Positions 59,037 to 64,000 of a stretch of DNA of 64,000 nucleotides are shown in pieces. The notes under the pieces were generated by a model that searched no databases, had not been told where the DNA came from, and worked only from the letters and a program-made list of their open reading frames with translations. Position numbers and translations under genes: made by a program. How positions within the stretch are numbered: position 1 is the first letter of the stretch; each line of letters starts with the position of its first letter. Source of the DNA: a virus; IMG/VR virus record IMGVR_UViG_3300020410_000948, positions 29,807-93,806 of that record; one strand, 5' to 3'.

Positions 59037-60021
59037 CTATATCTGCCTCCGTCATTAATTCTGCTAGTCTTCTGAATTTGATTTGTGGTTCCCATCCGAG
59101 CTCTTCTCTTGCTTTGGTCGGGTTACCAAGTAAGTAATCAACTTCAGCGGGTCTAAAGAATTCAGGGTCAATGTACACGTACTCATTCCAATTGTCAATG
59201 CCAGCGTACCCAAAAGAGCATTCCAAAAACTCCTCAACACTGTGTGTTTCTCCAGTAGCGATGACATAATCGTCTGGTTCTTCTTGTTGCAGCATGAGCC
59301 ACATTCCTCGTACATAGTCTTTTGCATGTCCCCAATCTCTCCTTGCTTGTAGGTTTCCAAGTCTTAGTTTTGGGAAATTCTCATCTTTCCCAGAAGCAAC
59401 AAATTTTCCAATCCATTTTGTTATTTTTCGCGTGACGAAGTTTTCTCCTCGTCGCTCGCTCTCATGGTTGAACAGAATCCCGCTAGAAGCATGAATTCCA
59501 TAGCTGTCTCTATAATTTCTTACCAAGTGATGTGCTGCAAGTTTTGCAATCGCGTAAGGCGACTGGGGCATAAAAGCCGTGTTTTCGTCTTGATATTTTC
59601 CACTACTTGTTACGGTAAAGTTTTTGCCAAACATTTCACTGGAAGAAGCCTGATAAAATCTTATTTCGTTACATCTAGGAGAAACTCTGATCGCTTCCAA
59701 TATATTTAGGCATCCGCCAGCAGTAACATCCCAAGTTAGTGTCGGTTGTTTAAAAGATGTCCCAACGTGAGACTGAGCAGCAAGATTGTAAACTTCATCT
59801 GGCTCATACTTATTAATAATGTCAGAGACACAAAATCCATCGGTAATGTCTCCCTCTACCAAAACAAAGTTTTCGTTTTTCTGATGTTCGCCAATTCTTT
59901 CCGTTGTGTCCACGCTACTTCTTCTAGCAACGCCAACTACTTTATAATTTTTAGATATTAGCAAGTCAGTTAAATAACTTCCGTCTTGGCCGGTAACTCC
60001 AAATACAATCGCTGTCTTCAT
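58975..60021 (-). CDS. gmd: GDP-mannose 4,6-dehydratase (copy 2)
   Basis: GVTGQDGSYL, NLAAQSHV, YQASSSEMFG, SPYAIAK, GILFNHES, RDWGHA, FRPAEVDYL; start ATG 60021. Confidence 0.95.
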   Translation of the reverse strand: MKTAIVFGVTGQDGSYLTDLLISKNYKVVGVARRSSVDTTERIGEHQKNENFVLVEGDITDGFCVSDIINKYEPDEVYNLAAQSHVGTSFKQPTLTWDVTAGGCLNILEAIRVSPRCNEIRFYQASSSEMFGKNFTVTSSGKYQDENTAFMPQSPYAIAKLAAHHLVRNYRDSYGIHASSGILFNHESERRGENFVTRKITKWIGKFVASGKDENFPKLRLGNLQARRDWGHAKDYVRGMWLMLQQEEPDDYVIATGETHSVEEFLECSFGYAGIDNWNEYVYIDPEFFRPAEVDYLLGNPTKAREELGWEPQIKFRRLAELMTEADIDEELRRSSLQEVSDGCLEAR

Positions 60022-60022
60022 A

Positions 60023-60838
60023 TTATTCACCTTTAAAAGTATCACTTGTTAGAAACGGTTGGTCTACTTGACCATCTTCATATTTAATGTATTCTGATAA
60101 ACGCTCTTTCTCTGCTGCTGTGGCTAGTCGCATTTTTTCCATCTCTACACCTATCTGGGTTCTGAAAGTAGGATCTGATGCAATCTTTTTCACCAATGAC
60201 GCAAACGTTAACTTAGAATCTTCGATAGCCTTGATTCTTTGTTCCCTAGTACCCTTCAGGTCCTTGAGCATTGTTGCTTTTCGTGCTTGAAGATCCTTAT
60301 AATCCTTAGATAGCGTCTCTTGCGCTGCTCTTTGCATAGCCACTTGCCGCTCTAAGGACGAGATGTAGTCACGGTCCTGATCTTCTTTATCTCTTTGTTT
60401 CTCGGCTATGATGAGAGCCTGAACGCCCTCAATATCTTCTAGATTTTCTTGTTGTGTCGTCAAGATCCTATTCATTAGAATCTCAAGCTTAATTGTATCC
60501 ACGATTTGGATTTCTTCTGTGTGAAACACATCGTCTTTGAACTGCGCCCACATTTTTGTAAAGTGGAACTGAAAAAGCTCTAATTCGGAACTTGAGAACT
60601 GAGTCAAAAGCTCCTTAAAGTATGGCTTACTTTTAAGTTCCTGATGAGCCTCGATTTCTCTCTTCTGACTTTTAGATAAGCCGACATTCGTTTCGATCCA
60701 GCTTTTAACCGAGGATACATTCCTACCTAACTGATCCGCTATGTGCTCAGGAGAAAGAGCCTCGCAATTCTGCTCGATAAATTCAATTTCATCTACTGAG
60801 AACCGCCCCTTCTTTTTGTCTTTGCTAGTTTCAGACAT
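60023..60838 (-). CDS. HTH/Myb-like DNA-binding coiled-coil protein (candidate small terminase)
   Basis: KKGRFSVDEIEFI...IADQLGRNVSSV N-terminus followed by a long coiled coil; upstream of terL in the same operon. Confidence 0.45.
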   Translation of the reverse strand: MSETSKDKKKGRFSVDEIEFIEQNCEALSPEHIADQLGRNVSSVKSWIETNVGLSKSQKREIEAHQELKSKPYFKELLTQFSSSELELFQFHFTKMWAQFKDDVFHTEEIQIVDTIKLEILMNRILTTQQENLEDIEGVQALIIAEKQRDKEDQDRDYISSLERQVAMQRAAQETLSKDYKDLQARKATMLKDLKGTREQRIKAIEDSKLTFASLVKKIASDPTFRTQIGVEMEKMRLATAAEKERLSEYIKYEDGQVDQPFLTSDTFKGE

Positions 60839-60840
60839 AT

Positions 60841-61344
60841 TTACTCCCCATCAACAATCTTTTTAATTATGCTCTCTATTTCAAGCCTTCTCTTTTTAGA
60901 TATAGATACACCAGAACACAATCTGAGATAATCAGCCCTCATGTTTGCTGGTATGTTGTTTTTTACTAGCTCTTTTATTTCTAGATCGGAGATTCTGGAC
61001 AAGATATCCTGATCCTCTCTCATTATACTAAAGTTTTCGATACTGTGTGCTTCAAGAAGGTTCTTCTTCCTCCTCTGGACATTTTCTGCCTTGCCTTCGT
61101 CCTGCCGGTAGTAATTGTCTCTCTTAAAGTTCTTGAGTCTGTTGGCTATATGTACAAACAAAAAGTTTTCTAGTGGTCTGGACTCATTATATCTTTCAAG
61201 AGCTTCCATGCCTATGATAAAAGCCTCCTGCTTAATATCTTCTACCGAATAAAACGCAAACGTATATTTATTGGACAGTTTATCAGCGACTTTAGTAATA
61301 GTATCAACAACTTCCTGTTCTGACATATTACTAGGTATTTTCAT
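60841..61344 (-). CDS. Short phage sigma factor (region-2-type)
   Basis: EDIKQEAFI.GMEALERY...PLENFL..HIANRLKNF.R resembles sigma70 region 2; 167 aa. Confidence 0.7.
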   Translation of the reverse strand: MKIPSNMSEQEVVDTITKVADKLSNKYTFAFYSVEDIKQEAFIIGMEALERYNESRPLENFLFVHIANRLKNFKRDNYYRQDEGKAENVQRRKKNLLEAHSIENFSIMREDQDILSRISDLEIKELVKNNIPANMRADYLRLCSGVSISKKRRLEIESIIKKIVDGE

Positions 61345-61517
61345 TAACTGTCGCCGCCCTCTTCTTCAATAGTTAGTTTCTCAATGATAGCAGCAGCTTC
61401 TTCAGTCGCCGGATCTTCATTTTCTAATTCAGAAGCCACAGACTCCTCTAGCTCCCCGGAAGCGCGCGCCACGAACTCAGATTCTACCTGCTTCGGTTGA
61501 TTTTTATCGTGTGACAT
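61344..61517 (-). CDS. Small acidic protein (57 aa, not in the ORF track)
   Basis: MSHDKNQPKQVESEF...EEEGGDS; GGAG RBS; TAATG coupling to the sigma gene. Confidence 0.65.
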   Translation of the reverse strand: MSHDKNQPKQVESEFVARASGELEESVASELENEDPATEEAAAIIEKLTIEEEGGDS

Positions 61518-61578
61518 ATTATCTCCATTGCACTAAAATGTAAAATTACCTATAATAATAATAGGCTTTTGTAAAAAA

Positions 61579-61592
61579 CTATACACAAAAAA
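61579..61592 (-). promoter_or_regulatory. Putative late promoter at the head of the - strand block
   Basis: TTTTTGTGTATAG. Confidence 0.5.
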
Positions 61593-61698
61593 AGACCTAA
61601 TTTGAAAAATACAAAACAAATAGGATATTAGCAGAGAAGAATTATGGGCGATTTTGACTGTAATCTGAAACTGGAAATTAAAAGGATGGAGAGTATAT

Positions 61699-63081
61699 AT
61701 GCATATAACGGAATTAACTAATAAATTGATTAAAGAACTACGTGAATATATTGAGGTCAACTCTGAGGGTCATGTTATAACAAAGAAAATAAGATTTAGT
61801 CCTCTTCAGACGAGGGGAAGAGCTGTTGTCGGTAAAAGGAGAGGAGGTAAGACAAAATATGGTTACACTTTTAATTTTAACTTTCCAGATATCGGAGAAA
61901 GTATTGCTTGTAAAGCGAGAGAAGTTATTTGGGTTCTGAATAATGGTGTATATGATCCAAAGTATAAGGTGTCTTGTAAAAATGGAGACGTATTTGATGA
62001 TAGAATAGACAACTTGTATCTTGAGAAGAGAAAGAATGGGCGACCAGCTGGATCAAAGGATAAGAAGAAGAGGCAACGGAGAGATACACTGAATGCAAAA
62101 CAAGAAAAGAAGGTAGTTGAACTAAGAAAGTGCGGATTAGCCGTGTATCAAATAGCAGAAAAAATGGAAACCACGACTGATGTTATCAAATATGCGTTAA
62201 AGAGGGCGGTAGGGGCAAAAAAAGTTAAGCCTTTCTTTAATGCAGGGACTATTAAAGAGCCGATAAGTAAGGGCGGGTGCCAAGTGGGGGTATATGCTTT
62301 GTTGGCTTCGTCCTTAGATGGGAAAAATTCAATAAGTAAAGCTTATATTGGTTCATCTAGAAGAACTTGGTCTAGAATTCAGGGTCATTTTAACATGTTA
62401 AGAAAAAATAAACATTATAATACAGAAATGCAGACCGCATACAACTCTGGAAATTACAAATTTGCTGCATTTTGGTTAGAGAGGGGCGATTTTGAGCATG
62501 GGCTAGAGCTGGAGTTGGAAACGGAGCATATAAATAAGTATGAAAACGCTTCATTGTTTAACACATGGTCGCAACCAAGCCTTGAGGAGGTTCGGCCATA
62601 TTTAGATAAGTGTAAACATTACCTAGATGATGAAAGTAGGTACACTGTAGATGAGAACGGATGCTGGAATTGGAACAAACTTCACCCAGCAGGCTATGGA
62701 AAAGACATTCAGTGCAGTATTAAGGGCAAGATTAAGCACATAAAACCTCACAGGTTAAGCTACTACAAGACCTACGGCGAATATCCAGAGCTTATCCGCC
62801 ATATGTGTGACAACAAAGCGTGTGTCAACCCGAAGTGTCTTAAAAAGGGAAGCCATCAACAGAACGGATTAGACAAAAGTAGAGAATTTAGGAAAGAGTT
62901 CGAGTACTGGTGGTTTCATTATGGGGGAAATGGTATAAAATTGACAGAACACTTTGGGTGGAAACCGGATAGAGAACACCCTTGGTCCAATGCTGTATAC
63001 GAATGGGAAAGGAAATTGGGTCTAAGAGAGAAATATAAGCATCTCTATACACGTAGGCTCGACTCGAAACGATCAAGATGA
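61699..63081 (+). CDS. Multi-domain homing-type endonuclease (degenerate HNH, HTH, GIY-YIG, HNH)
   Basis: KNGDVFDDRIDNL; GRPAGSKDKKKR; GVYAL...YIGSS; CWNW...HRLSY...RHMCDNKACVNP. Confidence 0.75.
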   Translation: MHITELTNKLIKELREYIEVNSEGHVITKKIRFSPLQTRGRAVVGKRRGGKTKYGYTFNFNFPDIGESIACKAREVIWVLNNGVYDPKYKVSCKNGDVFDDRIDNLYLEKRKNGRPAGSKDKKKRQRRDTLNAKQEKKVVELRKCGLAVYQIAEKMETTTDVIKYALKRAVGAKKVKPFFNAGTIKEPISKGGCQVGVYALLASSLDGKNSISKAYIGSSRRTWSRIQGHFNMLRKNKHYNTEMQTAYNSGNYKFAAFWLERGDFEHGLELELETEHINKYENASLFNTWSQPSLEEVRPYLDKCKHYLDDESRYTVDENGCWNWNKLHPAGYGKDIQCSIKGKIKHIKPHRLSYYKTYGEYPELIRHMCDNKACVNPKCLKKGSHQQNGLDKSREFRKEFEYWWFHYGGNGIKLTEHFGWKPDREHPWSNAVYEWERKLGLREKYKHLYTRRLDSKRSR

Positions 63082-63181
63082 AGCTAATTTGGAATAAATG
63101 GGGGCTGTCTGAAAGGATTGGGTAAGACATTGAAATATATTTCCTGACTTAATGTTTGAACGCCCCCCGCTAAACCAATAA

Positions 63182-63247
63182 TAGGTACTGCCAATGTGAC
63201 AAAATAGAAAAGTATAGGGTGCCATTATGACAGTAGGCACTGCCAAT
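63182..63247. repeat. Short direct repeats and pseudo-palindromes
   Basis: TAGGYACTGCCAAT twice (63182, 63234); TGCCA-N3-TGACA twice (63189, 63220). Confidence 0.6.
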
Positions 63248-63276
63248 AAAGATATATACTTATTTTGACATTTTAT

Positions 63277-63320
63277 TAAAGGATAATTTGACTCTGGCCG
63301 ATAATATGTAATAATATAAT
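63277..63320 (+). promoter_or_regulatory. Early promoter 1 (nested sigma28-like and sigma70-like)
   Basis: TAAA-N16-GCCGATAA overlapping TTGACT (63288) and TAATAT (63312). Confidence 0.6.
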
Positions 63321-63350
63321 ATACAAATTAATTAATCGAAAGGAAATAAA

Positions 63351-63464
63351 ATGGTAGACAAGATTATTGATGCAATGGCTTATACACTGATTGGCGTTAT
63401 CGTAGTGTATGGCGTTTACTTTTACGGTACAGAATTAATTAGAATTATTTCTGAATTTAGTTAA
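63351..63464 (+). CDS. 37-aa single-pass membrane peptide
   Basis: MVDKIIDAMAYTLIGVIVVYGVYFYGTELIRIISEFS; AAGGA RBS. Confidence 0.6.
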   Translation: MVDKIIDAMAYTLIGVIVVYGVYFYGTELIRIISEFS

Positions 63465-63501
63465 GATTACTATTGACTTTTGACGATACTTAGTATATAC
63501 T
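63462..63501 (+). promoter_or_regulatory. Early promoter 2 (nested)
   Basis: TAAG-N16-GACGATAC overlapping TTGACT-N17-TATACT. Confidence 0.65.
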
Positions 63502-63536
63502 ACTAGTATAACAATTAAACGATTAAGGAATTAAAC

Positions 63537-63707
63537 ATGACACGCAACGAAGCAAAATTAGAACTTTTCAAAGTAGAGCGAAAGATTGAAAAGAAGATCG
63601 TTGAACACGCCAACGAACTAGGACAGTATAATAAAAACTGTGTTTACAACGAATTGCAGTTGTTATGGGATAGAAAAGATATTCTAAAAAAGTTTATAAA
63701 TAGTTAA
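63537..63707 (+). CDS. 56-aa early protein, paralog 1
   Basis: MTRNEAKLELFKVERKIEKKIVEHANELGQYNKNCV...; AAGGA RBS. Confidence 0.8.
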   Translation: MTRNEAKLELFKVERKIEKKIVEHANELGQYNKNCVYNELQLLWDRKDILKKFINS

Positions 63708-63744
63708 AGATAGCTATTGACAATTCCGATAATACTAGTATAAT
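63705..63744 (+). promoter_or_regulatory. Early promoter 3 (nested)
   Basis: TAAA-N16-TCCGATAA overlapping TTGACA-N16-TATAAT. Confidence 0.7.
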
Positions 63745-63779
63745 AAAAGCATAACAAACAACGAACAAAGGAAAACAAA

Positions 63780-63950
63780 ATGACTCGCAACGAAGCTAAA
63801 CTAGAACTGTTCAAAGTCAACCGCAACATTGAAAAGATGATTGTTGCACACGCTAACGAATTAGGACAATACAATAAAAATTGTGTGATGAATGACCTAC
63901 AACGATTGTGGGACAGGAAGAAAACACTACAGAATACAATCAACGGTTAA
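63780..63950 (+). CDS. 56-aa early protein, paralog 2
   Basis: 43 of 56 aa identical to 63537..63707; AAGGA RBS. Confidence 0.8.
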   Translation: MTRNEAKLELFKVNRNIEKMIVAHANELGQYNKNCVMNDLQRLWDRKKTLQNTING

Positions 63951-63961
63951 GGAGATAAAAT

Positions 63962-64000
63962 ATGTCAGTAGTAAAACATAATGCACCGCTTAGAGATGTT
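63962..64000 (+). CDS. Start of the next early gene (runs off the window)
   Basis: AAGGAG RBS then MSVVKHNAPLRDV. Confidence 0.55.
   Translation, partial: MSVVKHNAPLRDV

Noticed and set aside
1-64000. CRISPR array, tRNA or rRNA genes, integrase, stop-codon reassignment
   Set aside because: No regularly spaced repeats or cloverleafs were seen in the few intergenic gaps; genes are intact under the standard code and end in TAA, TAG and TGA

Overview
This window is part of a large tailed dsDNA phage genome (Caudoviricetes, standard genetic code). No tail sheath is seen, so it is siphovirus-like. There are three transcription blocks. (1) 1-9267, + strand: a tightly packed glycan-building cluster (two exostosin/GT47-like genes, a GT10 fucosyltransferase, two sulfotransferases, a cupin, two methyltransferases, a short DegT aminotransferase, Gmd, a GT25 and a half GT-B), then an endonuclease, a putative annealase and a Zn-ribbon protein. 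(2) 9383-61517, - strand: a morphogenesis region. In transcription order it holds a short sigma factor, an HTH protein, a second Gmd, HNH, ERCC4 nuclease, ClpP, terminase, portal, protease-scaffold, decoration protein, major capsid, fibre and neck genes, tail tube, paralogous chaperones, a 2404-aa tape measure, six large tail-associated proteins (FG-GAP-like or Cys-rich) and three smaller genes. A recurring TGTGTAT(A/T) intergenic motif looks like the late promoter. (3) 61699-64000, + strand: a three-domain homing-type nuclease, then an AT-rich cassette of tiny genes with nested sigma28-like and sigma70-like promoters. The best candidates for new biology are a phage pathway for a sulfated, fucosylated glycan with one Gmd wired into the packaging operon, a tape measure carrying cargo segments between repeated motifs, and the nested promoter design. 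All family calls are by eye from motifs; no database search was run.
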